DNA from: Chlamydiota bacterium
GTDB taxonomy: Bacteria > Chlamydiota > Chlamydiia > Chlamydiales > GCA-2402025
Assembly (NCBI GenBank): GCA_037146655.1
Contig: JBAWWQ010000001.1
Location: 1 to 27,551 of the forward strand
DNA: 27,551 nt
Direction of reading: 5' to 3'
Below the pieces are notes generated by a model. That model was not told the origin of the DNA. It searched no databases and saw only the letters and a list, made by a program, of their open reading frames with translations. The position numbers and the translations under genes were made by a program. Positions 1 to 8,381 of this stretch are shown one piece after another. Position 1 is the first letter of the stretch. Each line of letters opens with the position of its first letter.

Positions 1-1496
1 CTATATAACATAGCTTTCTCAAAATCAAAGCCAGAACTGCCCATAGATTTTCTATATTTTTCTAATCGTGATCTTGTATCCTCTCTAAAAAGCTCCCATG
101 CATAACCAAGATTTTGTAAATTATCTATATCATCTAAATGAGTTTCTTTTTCTTTTTTTAGCAGTAAATTTTCATAAAGAGTCCACTTCATTTCACACAT
201 CTGAAACTCGTCTTTTAGATCTAGTTTAAATGAAGCCACCTTATCATCAAATACTTCAAATAACATCTCTAAATCCTTTAGGGATTGCTCATGAGAGTTA
301 GACGTTATCTGATGGATCTCTTGTTTAAAAAGCTCTAATTCCGCTTTTTTAGAAATTTCTTTTGCATGCAGTCTATTAAAAGCCTCTTTCTCTTGTAAAA
401 GAATAGGTTTTAAAGCCTCTTCTTGAGCCTGTTTTAATTCGTTTTTTAAATATTTCAAATCCGCATAAGCTAAATTGTACTTTTCTATAGCTAAAATCAC
501 CTCACGAGATTTTTGATAAACTTGTTCTTGACTAGCTGCTGGAGAAGTTTCAAAACTGCTAGAAAATGATCTAATCAAAGAAGAAGCTTCTTCTAAATAA
601 GCTTTAGAAGCTTCTTTTTTTTCTTTTTCACAAGTCTGAAGAATCTCCCAACATTGACTTAAAATAACCCTTGTTGTTGCAAAAGCCTGTGAATTAAGAG
701 AGGTTTTTTTTGCTAGATGTTGGAAATACTTAATCTCTTCTTTTAACTTATAAAAATTAGAAACTCCAGTCTTAACACGTCCTTCTTCTAAAACAAATGA
801 GCTTTCCATAAAACTTGTTACATCAGAAATAAAACTTTGATTCACTATTTTAATGAGTTCTTTATGCTTAGGAATAAATCTGTCCCCAATAACAGAAAGT
901 CTTTCGAGCAGTTTATTTTTGTGACGGATACGCATATCTGTTGCGATGATTTCTTTTCTTAGCTCTTTCATACGAGATGTCAAAGTTGCATAAAACTGAA
1001 TTTCATGTTGCTTTTGTTCATAAAAAGCTTCCTTATCGCTAGATTCTGCAGGCAATTTCAATTCCACCATCGATTTTTCATGGTACGATAGATCTGCTTC
1101 TAAAGCTTGAATCGCTAGATCAATTTGTTGCACAATAAAATCAGACTGCTCTTCTAAAATCGCTTTAAGCCTTTTAGCTTCCGTAGATAGATTCATATAC
1201 TCTACCCACAGCTCTGATTTGACAAACGGATTTATCTTATCTTTAAATAAAGGAAAACTCATATTCTTGGCTTCCCAAAAATCCTTAAAAGAAGGGGTTC
1301 CAACTTGAGATAAAGTTCCCTTCATAAAGGAAATCACCATCTTTAACTTTTCTTCTATATTTTCCTGTTTTTCAAATTCCTCTTTAAACCCAATTAAGGC
1401 CTCTGACAGTTGTGGTCTTCTGATAAGAGGTTTCTCTTTTTTAATATCAGCTACAACCTCTGATTTTTGAGTAGATAGACTTTCTTCTGTATGCAT
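1..1496 (-). CDS. Conserved chlamydial coiled-coil protein (CT768-like), running off the left edge of the window
   Basis: Not in the ORF track. Manual translation from ATG at 1496: MHTEESLSTQKSEVVADIKKEKP...EEKLKMVISFMKGTLSQVGTPSFKDFWEAKNMSFPLFKD...SELWVEYMNLSTEAKRLKAILEEQSDFIVQQIDLAIQALE. The same frame at the window edge reads KYRKSMGSSGFDFEKAMLY; not every intervening codon was checked. These segments resemble, from memory, chlamydial CT768-family motifs. An in-frame TAG lies upstream of the ATG. Confidence 0.8.
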   Translation of the reverse strand, partial: MHTEESLSTQKSEVVADIKKEKPLIRRPQLSEALIGFKEEFEKQENIEEKLKMVISFMKGTLSQVGTPSFKDFWEAKNMSFPLFKDKINPFVKSELWVEYMNLSTEAKRLKAILEEQSDFIVQQIDLAIQALEADLSYHEKSMVELKLPAESSDKEAFYEQKQHEIQFYATLTSRMKELRKEIIATDMRIRHKNKLLERLSVIGDRFIPKHKELIKIVNQSFISDVTSFMESSFVLEEGRVKTGVSNFYKLKEEIKYFQHLAKKTSLNSQAFATTRVILSQCWEILQTCEKEKKEASKAYLEEASSLIRSFSSSFETSPAASQEQVYQKSREVILAIEKYNLAYADLKYLKNELKQAQEEALKPILLQEKEAFNRLHAKEISKKAELELFKQEIHQITSNSHEQSLKDLEMLFEVFDDKVASFKLDLKDEFQMCEMKWTLYENLLLKKEKETHLDDIDNLQNLGYAWELFREDTRSRLEKYRKSMGSSGFDFEKAMLY

Positions 1497-1690
1497 ATAT
1501 TTAACTTTGTGATAGCAGGTTATTGAACCCTATTTTTTTCATCGAGACTAAAACATCTTTCTTTTAAAGAAAAGGGCTTTTCTAATTGTTTTTAAGAAAG
1601 GTTCTTGATTAAAAAAAATAGTAGCCAAACTAGTGCTGAAATACTATCTTCTTATGCCGTTATGTTGATTTCAATTTTAAAGGTATTATT

Positions 1691-3571
1691 ATGGCAACAT
1701 GCATGCTTTCCTCTATGAGATCGGTTACGTATTCTAATCTTTCCGCAATGGACATTTTCAATATTTTTGAATTGGATAGACCTAGCAGAACTGATCTTAT
1801 GAAAAGTTATAAAAAAAGGATTGGAAGAATCTTAAAACGCTCTTTAGCTGATATCGTTGAACTTACAACTATTGCGCAAAACTGTATCCAACCTATACCA
1901 ATTTTTCAACGTAATCATTTGTCATTTAAATGCGCAGAACTAAAAATGCATGCTTTTGAAGAAGTTTTCACCAATGGAACCCTAAGTCGCTCTCTTTTTA
2001 CACAACTTGATGAACACAACCTACTTTCTCCAGACGGCTCTTTACGTGCACTTCCCTCACAACCCCTAGATAGAGATCTGCAAGATTTTTTATTAAAATT
2101 AGATTTATTGTCGAATCCTGCAAAACCACATCTACAAGTGCCAGCACACGAATGCGCTTTTACAGTTTCTATGGAGGACTCCTCTTCTGCAATTCTTCCG
2201 GCAAGAAGCTCTTATTACAACGTTCATCTAGAAAATTTACAAATTTTAAATACTTATATTGCCGAACTTGAGCAAGCAATGGCCTCTTTTGAAACAGCCT
2301 CTGTTTCAAAAGATCAATATCAATTACTTGAAAAATTAAGCTGCGCAATGAAAAATCAAAAAACCTGGGAACCCATTAAGCGTAGCTTTACTGATGTATT
2401 AGGCAAAATTGACACAATCAAAACACACACACTTCCTAGATATCGATTACTTCGGTTTGAGTTAAAGAAAAGGCTGCAATATCTCTACTCTCCGATTTTA
2501 GAGCAAGCCACTTTTTACAAAAACTGTTATCAGAAGTTGTCTGAAAACCCATCAGACGAAAAATCAATCGCCCTACTAAAAACCCGATTACATTCAACAG
2601 ATTTTGAATTTCCCGAACTTATGCTATGCGCCCCTAACACTATCTATCTAGAAGAAACTCAGTGTATTGATGAACCCCCTACTCTTACAGTCTCTACTCC
2701 ATTTTTTGGTAGACTCCCTATGTTTTGCCTATTTGATCTTAAAGAAAAAGCTAAAACACAATCCATGCACCTAGTAAAAAAAGAAATCCAATATACTCAA
2801 GAGCGTGGAGCACAAGACCTCTACAGGTTACAAACTATAGCCGATACTTGCATTCAAACATTGCTCTTAAAAAGCAATACTCAAGACGAGTACAAAAATG
2901 CAAGCCTCACCATGCAAGCCTTTAAACAAGTATTTACCCTTGGAACTATTCCAACATCTCTTTTTAATCAGCTCAAAACTGCTAATCTTATTAAAGATGG
3001 ACGTTTATCTTCTCATCGCGAGGCTTTTTATGTCAGCTCTGAAACAGGCTCTTCTTTACAAGGTCGCACTACTTATTACACATTTTTTGTTCAAAAATTA
3101 CAAAATCTCAATACATATATTCAAGAAATCGAAAAACAAATTTCATACCATGAAAAACAAGGATTAATTTTTAAAAATTTTGAAAAACTAGAACCTACTA
3201 TCAAAAAAATCTCTGATCACGAAAATTTTTCAATGTACTTCCAAACAATAAACTATTTTCGCAGCCCAATGCAAATACTAAAGTTGGTAACCCTACCACC
3301 TCTCAAAGAGCTTCAGAAAGAACTTTATACTCAACTAACAAGATTTAAAGCTCACACTTTAGCAAGAGCAGATACTCTGACTGCGTACTATCGAAGTTTA
3401 TCAGAGAGTTCTTCAACTTTTTCTTCATTAGTTAATCCTCTTACTTTAGGGATCGCACGAGCTACCCGTTATGTATGGCATCCTACTACAGAAGAATTAA
3501 CACAAATTCTAACAAATAAACCTTATGAAGATGAGTTATTAGAACTCTCAAAATCACTAGAAGATGCCTAA
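1691..3571 (+). CDS. Hypothetical 626-aa protein containing two copies of a ~300-aa module
   Basis: Long ORF with an AAGGT SD-like motif. Internal similarity: AFEEVFTNGTLSRSLFTQL vs AFKQVFTLGTIPTSLFNQL, and LENLQILNTYIAELE vs VQKLQNLNTYIQEIE. Confidence 0.85.
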   Translation: MATCMLSSMRSVTYSNLSAMDIFNIFELDRPSRTDLMKSYKKRIGRILKRSLADIVELTTIAQNCIQPIPIFQRNHLSFKCAELKMHAFEEVFTNGTLSRSLFTQLDEHNLLSPDGSLRALPSQPLDRDLQDFLLKLDLLSNPAKPHLQVPAHECAFTVSMEDSSSAILPARSSYYNVHLENLQILNTYIAELEQAMASFETASVSKDQYQLLEKLSCAMKNQKTWEPIKRSFTDVLGKIDTIKTHTLPRYRLLRFELKKRLQYLYSPILEQATFYKNCYQKLSENPSDEKSIALLKTRLHSTDFEFPELMLCAPNTIYLEETQCIDEPPTLTVSTPFFGRLPMFCLFDLKEKAKTQSMHLVKKEIQYTQERGAQDLYRLQTIADTCIQTLLLKSNTQDEYKNASLTMQAFKQVFTLGTIPTSLFNQLKTANLIKDGRLSSHREAFYVSSETGSSLQGRTTYYTFFVQKLQNLNTYIQEIEKQISYHEKQGLIFKNFEKLEPTIKKISDHENFSMYFQTINYFRSPMQILKLVTLPPLKELQKELYTQLTRFKAHTLARADTLTAYYRSLSESSSTFSSLVNPLTLGIARATRYVWHPTTEELTQILTNKPYEDELLELSKSLEDA

Positions 3572-3653
3572 GTCTAAAAACCAGTTGATGAAATTGCACT
3601 TAAGTAGTAGTTTGCTTCCTCTTTGAATGAATTTTACATATAAGGTGAGTCTC

Positions 3654-4868
3654 ATGGCCTCTAAAATGCTTTGTTCTTCTATTTCCTATCAAGATTATCC
3701 AGCAGCTACAATTCTTGCTCTCCTGAGTCTTGATAATATTGCTACTGAAACAAAAACAGAAAATATGAAGCACCTAAAAACAAATCTAGACTCTATTAGA
3801 AGGACGATTGCAGATGACTTGCAGGCTTTTCAAGCTCTAGTAAACCACCATATTCCACAACTAGAAAACACCGCCAATCCTAAGCTAGAAACCTTAAAAT
3901 TTCAAGCTATCGTCCAAACATTTGAATATGGATACATCGAATCGAGCCTTTTTAACGAATTAGTGACAGAAAAACTTATTGAAAATAATCAATTTATCTC
4001 AAGTCCTGATATTTTCAACATGATCCCAACAGAAGAACATAAAGATGGTAGTACTATTTTTCGTGTACGAACTGTCTGTTATCATACATTTGTAAATAAC
4101 CTACAACTGCTTAATCGCTATACTCACGAACTAAAATCAGGTCTTGATCATCTTGAAAAAAACGAGATTAATGAAAACACACGCCCTCGTCTAATAACAT
4201 TACTCCAAACACTTGGTATGAGCAAAGAAGGCGATCCTATTTTAAATAAATTTATAAATATTTTTGATAAATATAGTGGAATAAAAATAGGAACACTAGC
4301 CCCTTATATTAAAAAAAGAGATGAAATCAAACAGCAACTTATGGGGCTTAACAATCACACCCTTCAAAGGGGGCGAGATATTATTCATAGATGCACAAAA
4401 GGAGTAGCCCTACTAGCTACCGTCTCTGCGGCTATTGATAAAGCTTACCGATATGTCGCGCCCTCTCCTAAAGAATTAGACCAGCTTTCTTCTCATGAAC
4501 CCTACGTCGAGGAACTTAAATTTTTATCTAAATCCCCTCAACACACAAGAATTAACAGCCCTAAGATCCACCAAACAATAGAGCCTACAAACGAACTAGA
4601 GCAAGCAGGAGAGTCTTTACAATCTCAATTTCCTGATAAAAGAGCGGAGTCCCCTAAAATGGAACCCTCTAGTGAATCTGAACCGCCAGCTGCCTCTACT
4701 ACATCTTCAGGTCCTACTCCTGCAATAGATGCTCAAAACACACTAGCGCCACCGCAAGAATTTCAAGCAAATGAACCTACGACAACTGCTTCTGCAACGA
4801 CTGAACTTATTGCAGCTGCTCAAGGAGCCACATCAAGCGGAAGTAAATCAGGAAAGAAAAGAAAATAA
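3654..4868 (+). CDS. Hypothetical ~404-aa paralog of the upstream gene: one module, a disordered S/T/P/E/A-rich tail and C-terminal KKRK
   Basis: The track starts at 3627. ATG 3654 is preferred because it follows TAAGGTGAG and MASKMLCSSISY aligns with MATCMLSSMRSVTY of the upstream paralog. Shares the SLFNEL, NLQLLNRYTHEL and RYV..P.EL.Q...PY.EEL..LSKS motifs. Confidence 0.85.
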   Translation: MASKMLCSSISYQDYPAATILALLSLDNIATETKTENMKHLKTNLDSIRRTIADDLQAFQALVNHHIPQLENTANPKLETLKFQAIVQTFEYGYIESSLFNELVTEKLIENNQFISSPDIFNMIPTEEHKDGSTIFRVRTVCYHTFVNNLQLLNRYTHELKSGLDHLEKNEINENTRPRLITLLQTLGMSKEGDPILNKFINIFDKYSGIKIGTLAPYIKKRDEIKQQLMGLNNHTLQRGRDIIHRCTKGVALLATVSAAIDKAYRYVAPSPKELDQLSSHEPYVEELKFLSKSPQHTRINSPKIHQTIEPTNELEQAGESLQSQFPDKRAESPKMEPSSESEPPAASTTSSGPTPAIDAQNTLAPPQEFQANEPTTTASATTELIAAAQGATSSGSKSGKKRK

Positions 4869-4879
4869 CAGATAATCCT

Positions 4880-5902
4880 CTATAGAGCATTATCAAAGTC
4901 GTGTAAAATAAGCTCCATAGCTCGAGTAGCCCCATAACTTTCTAAATCGATCCATCTAAAAAGAGGCTCCTTACGAAACCAAGTAAACTGCCTTTTAGCA
5001 TACCTTCTAGAAACTTTTTTGAATAAAGACACAAACTCCTCATAATCGCCAGGAGTTTGTGCTGTATTAAAATAATCTAACGCTTGCTTGTACCCAATAG
5101 CCTGAGAAGCTAATAAATTAGCTCTTAAGCCCTCTTCTAAAAACTTCACCTCATCTAAAAACCCACGGTCTAGCATCTCCTCACACCGCGCTTCAATACG
5201 TGGATATAAGTGAGCTTTAGCATAGTAAATAAACCAACAGCGAAAGTTTAAATTAGAGTGATAGTTAGGATCTGGTTCTTTCAAAAAATCTGAAACTTTT
5301 TTATGAGTAAGAGTAATAATCTCTAAAGCTCTTACAATTTTATGTCTATCTTTGGGTGTGATTTTTTGTGCATAGACTGGATCAAACTCTTTGAGTTTTT
5401 CATAAAGAGGCTCTGGCCCAAACTTCTCCACATCATCTTCTATACGCTGTCTCACTAAAGCATCTCCTGGAGGGCCAAGAGGTGGTCCATAAAGGAGCGT
5501 ATGGATATAAAAACCTGTTCCTCCAACTAAAATAGGGACCTTATTTCTTGCAAAAATACTATCCATAGCCTCCATGGCTTCTTGATAAAACTCTACTACG
5601 TTAAACGTTTGAGAAAGATCACGAATATCTATAAGATGATGGGGAATTTCTAGCTGCTGCTCTAATGTAGCCTTAGCAGTACCTATATTCATGCTTCGAT
5701 AGACCTGCATGGAATCCACAGAGATAACCTCTCCACCTATAGCTTTTGCTAAGTTGATAGACATTTCTGTTTTGCCTGTAGCTGTCGGCCCTGAAAGAAC
5801 AATCACTTTCTTATTACCGCAACCTGGCTCCTTTTGTTTTTTTTCAGGGAGCTCATAATGGGCTATAAAGGAATCTGAGGAACCAAAGGATTTTGCATTC
5901 AC
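4880..5902 (-). CDS. miaA: tRNA dimethylallyltransferase
   Basis: GPTATGKT P-loop, ISVDSMQVYRSMNIGTAK, VPILVGGTGFY, QAIGYKQ and RRYAKRQFTWF motifs; GTG start. Confidence 0.97.
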   Translation of the reverse strand: MNAKSFGSSDSFIAHYELPEKKQKEPGCGNKKVIVLSGPTATGKTEMSINLAKAIGGEVISVDSMQVYRSMNIGTAKATLEQQLEIPHHLIDIRDLSQTFNVVEFYQEAMEAMDSIFARNKVPILVGGTGFYIHTLLYGPPLGPPGDALVRQRIEDDVEKFGPEPLYEKLKEFDPVYAQKITPKDRHKIVRALEIITLTHKKVSDFLKEPDPNYHSNLNFRCWFIYYAKAHLYPRIEARCEEMLDRGFLDEVKFLEEGLRANLLASQAIGYKQALDYFNTAQTPGDYEEFVSLFKKVSRRYAKRQFTWFRKEPLFRWIDLESYGATRAMELILHDFDNAL

Positions 5903-5911
5903 ACATCATCC

Positions 5912-6271
5912 TTAATTTTTTTGTGCTAATATAGCAGCTATAGCTTCTTTTTCTAACGGATAGATAGCTAAAATTCGTTCAAATCCTGCCATCCGGATAA
6001 TTTCCATAACATCATCATGCATAGAGCAAATCGCTAGCATTCCTTCTTCTTGTTTCATTTTTTTTGTCATTGAAAGTAGAAGTCTCATACCTGCACTGCT
6101 GAGATAAGCTACTTTAGTAAAATCCAAAATGCAATGCACATGTAGATGATGTAAAAGCTCTTGCATTTTTTTTTCTAGTAAATTTGAAGAAATCGCATCA
6201 AGTCGCCCTTCTAACCTTAAAACTTTAACACCATTAACATCTTGTTCTTGAATATTGAGACCCACAACCAT
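5912..6271 (-). CDS. rsbV: STAS-domain anti-sigma factor antagonist (RsbV-type)
   Basis: LRLEGRLDAISS...LDFTKVAYLSSAGMRLLL with the phosphorylatable Ser motif; AAGGGGG SD. Confidence 0.9.
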   Translation of the reverse strand: MVVGLNIQEQDVNGVKVLRLEGRLDAISSNLLEKKMQELLHHLHVHCILDFTKVAYLSSAGMRLLLSMTKKMKQEEGMLAICSMHDDVMEIIRMAGFERILAIYPLEKEAIAAILAQKN

Positions 6272-6298
6272 ATCCCCCCTTAAAGGATTAAAAATATT

Positions 6299-6532
6299 CT
6301 ATTCATGCACGATTTCAAGTCTTACTTTTCTATTAAAGCGTGCTCCTACGATCATAGCAATTGTCCGAAGTGCTTTGATTGTTCTTCCCTGTCTTCCTAC
6401 GATTTTTGCTATATCTTCATTAGCAACACGAATTTCTAAAATAGTGCTTCTATCCCCATCAAAAATATCAACATTCACGTGGTCGGGTTGATCCACAAGG
6501 TTTTTGATTAAATATGCGACAAAATCTTTCAT
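6299..6532 (-). CDS. khpA: KH-domain RNA-binding protein KhpA (UPF0109)
   Basis: 77 aa; MKDFVAYLIKNLVDQPD...EDIAKIVGRQGRTIKALRTI with the GxxG loop. Confidence 0.92.
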   Translation of the reverse strand: MKDFVAYLIKNLVDQPDHVNVDIFDGDRSTILEIRVANEDIAKIVGRQGRTIKALRTIAMIVGARFNRKVRLEIVHE

Positions 6533-6543
6533 GACAGCCCTCT

Positions 6544-6569
6544 AGCACTTCCTTGTTTAAGGGGGTGCT
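6544..6569. promoter_or_regulatory. Hairpin in the khpA leader, directly next to its SD
   Basis: AGCAC-TTCCTT-GTTT-AAGGGG-GTGCT. On the + strand it forms an 11-bp stem with two G-U pairs; on the khpA mRNA it forms a stem with a 2x2 internal loop. Confidence 0.4.
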
Positions 6570-6638
6570 GCTCTTTACTTTAAGTTAAACCGTTAAAATC
6601 CTAAAGAATACTACTTGCTCCTTTAAGTTTATACAACT

Positions 6639-6688
6639 TGACGTTTAACATAAAGAAATTCCTTAAAAAGAAATCATGTTAAACATCA
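6639..6688. repeat. 13-bp inverted repeat with a 24-bp spacer in the divergent khpA/orphan intergenic region
   Basis: TGACGTTTAACAT (6639-6651) and ATGTTAAACATCA (6676-6688), one mismatch. A third TTTAACAT lies at 6703-6710. Confidence 0.6.
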
Positions 6689-6905
6689 GACTTAAGGAGT
6701 AATTTAACATTTGCTTAGGATTAGATTCAATTCTCATTTTCTTAAAATCTAACCAAATTAATTCATTTCTATCAATGACAAAATACTGTAATTACAACAT
6801 GTGTTTTTTTTGTTATATGCAAAGAATTAACGAGTTACAAAAAGATTGTTTATAAATCTAGATAATACACTATAATGAAGTTATGGAGCAAGCCTTGGAG
6901 GTCTT

Positions 6906-7502
6906 ATGATCTGTCCATTAGAAAAAGATGACTTTCCCCAAAAAAAATCCCCATCAAATTTAGGCTTAACTCTTTTTGAAAAAACTTCTGAATTTTACTC
7001 CTGGTATTTATCTTGTGATATGGGCGGATCTAAACCCTCTTTATTTTGCGAGAATCTCTCTTTAATTATGCAAATAGCCAAACTCTCCTTTGAAGGAGCC
7101 TCCTTACTTTCAATACAAGAAGAGCTCATGATCTTAAATCAAATCCAAGAACTATCAGAAGCTATTTGTAATGGGACCATGAAAAAAACTCATCTTACAG
7201 CGTTTATAGAAAAAACTTTGAAAAATCTGATCGATAATAACCCACAGGCAAGGCTTATTTCATTACTTATGAAACTAGAATATAAAATCTGTATCCATAA
7301 CACATCTTATGTAAATGAAGAGATCCAAAAACTCTTTAAAGAAGAGTTAAAAACACTTACAAATAAAATCAGCAGTTCCACCCCAAGTTTTATTGCCAAC
7401 ACTATATCCAGAGACTTAGAAGTCCTTTATAAAAATCCTATAGATGAGCCGAATTTTTTAACTCAGTTTAAAGACTCTATCAAATGGCTATATCAAGTCT
7501 AA
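6906..7502 (+). CDS. Hypothetical 198-aa protein, probably all-helical
   Basis: ORF with a GGAGG SD and a TATAAT at 6871-6876. No recognised motif. Confidence 0.75.
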   Translation: MICPLEKDDFPQKKSPSNLGLTLFEKTSEFYSWYLSCDMGGSKPSLFCENLSLIMQIAKLSFEGASLLSIQEELMILNQIQELSEAICNGTMKKTHLTAFIEKTLKNLIDNNPQARLISLLMKLEYKICIHNTSYVNEEIQKLFKEELKTLTNKISSSTPSFIANTISRDLEVLYKNPIDEPNFLTQFKDSIKWLYQV

Positions 7503-7511
7503 CTATATAGT

Positions 7512-8381
7512 CTAATTGCTTTTAGCAGGTTCATTCACAAGAGCAAATCCTTCTATCCTAAGATCTATCACTCTCGTTTGAATCCCTTCTTGTAAAGAAA
7601 GCCCTATAACAAGCTCTCGATGTAGTGCAAAATAATTTCCTAACTGCTGCCCATAATTTTGTGGACTTAACCTCAAATAATGAACAAACCTTTGCTGAGG
7701 TGCTAATGTGAAAAGCTGAGCTTCATGAGTAATTTCTATAACAACCTCCTGTCTACCTAAACTTTTATGAAAAGCATTTGATACATCAATTCTTTTTAAA
7801 CATAGGTGTTGCTCTGAAGTAATAGGTTGCAATAATTTCAAAAGACGCCTAGCCAAATCAAAAGAGGCGCTCTTAATCGGCTTATCCCAAGAAAAAGAGG
7901 AGTCCAATCCAAAATAAAATTCAGGTAGTGCTTTAGGGGAATAAAAAGGAGAAAAGGGGAATAAAAAGCCTTCTTCATCAATAGCAATATTTTCATAATC
8001 ATAAACCATTGCTATAGGCTCTCGCATCGTATAATCTACATAAACAGTATCTGGGTGAATAAGTTCAACTTTTGCTTCTTTTAAAAGAGAAATTGCTAAA
8101 AGCTTTTGTGTTGCTTCATCTGGATCAAATCGAAATATGTTTGTAGGAACATCTTGAGAAAGCCCCATTATTTCTGCTAAATGATCCGTTGTTAAAGCAT
8201 CCCTTTGTGGACCTGTCTGGATAATTTTACGTATAATAAACTCTACAGAAGACTGAGAAAACCCTGTTTGGGGCAGTGTTTTTAAAAATGAATATATCGA
8301 TCCCGTAATAAGAAAAACAGACCCAATGATCCAAGATAGTGCAGTAGGAAGATCTATCTTTTTCTGCATCCATGTTGTCAT
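7512..8381 (-). CDS. ftsQ: Chlamydial FtsQ/DivIB-like cell division protein
   Basis: Single N-terminal TM segment, then a POTRA-like region (LAEIMGLS...LLKEAKVELIHPDTVYVDYTMREPIA). Start overlaps the murC stop. Confidence 0.78.
   Translation of the reverse strand: MTTWMQKKIDLPTALSWIIGSVFLITGSIYSFLKTLPQTGFSQSSVEFIIRKIIQTGPQRDALTTDHLAEIMGLSQDVPTNIFRFDPDEATQKLLAISLLKEAKVELIHPDTVYVDYTMREPIAMVYDYENIAIDEEGFLFPFSPFYSPKALPEFYFGLDSSFSWDKPIKSASFDLARRLLKLLQPITSEQHLCLKRIDVSNAFHKSLGRQEVVIEITHEAQLFTLAPQQRFVHYLRLSPQNYGQQLGNYFALHRELVIGLSLQEGIQTRVIDLRIEGFALVNEPAKSN

Noticed and set aside
7512-8381. Absence of ftsA/ftsZ after ftsQ
   Set aside because: This is the known normal state for Chlamydiota; used only as a taxonomic clue.
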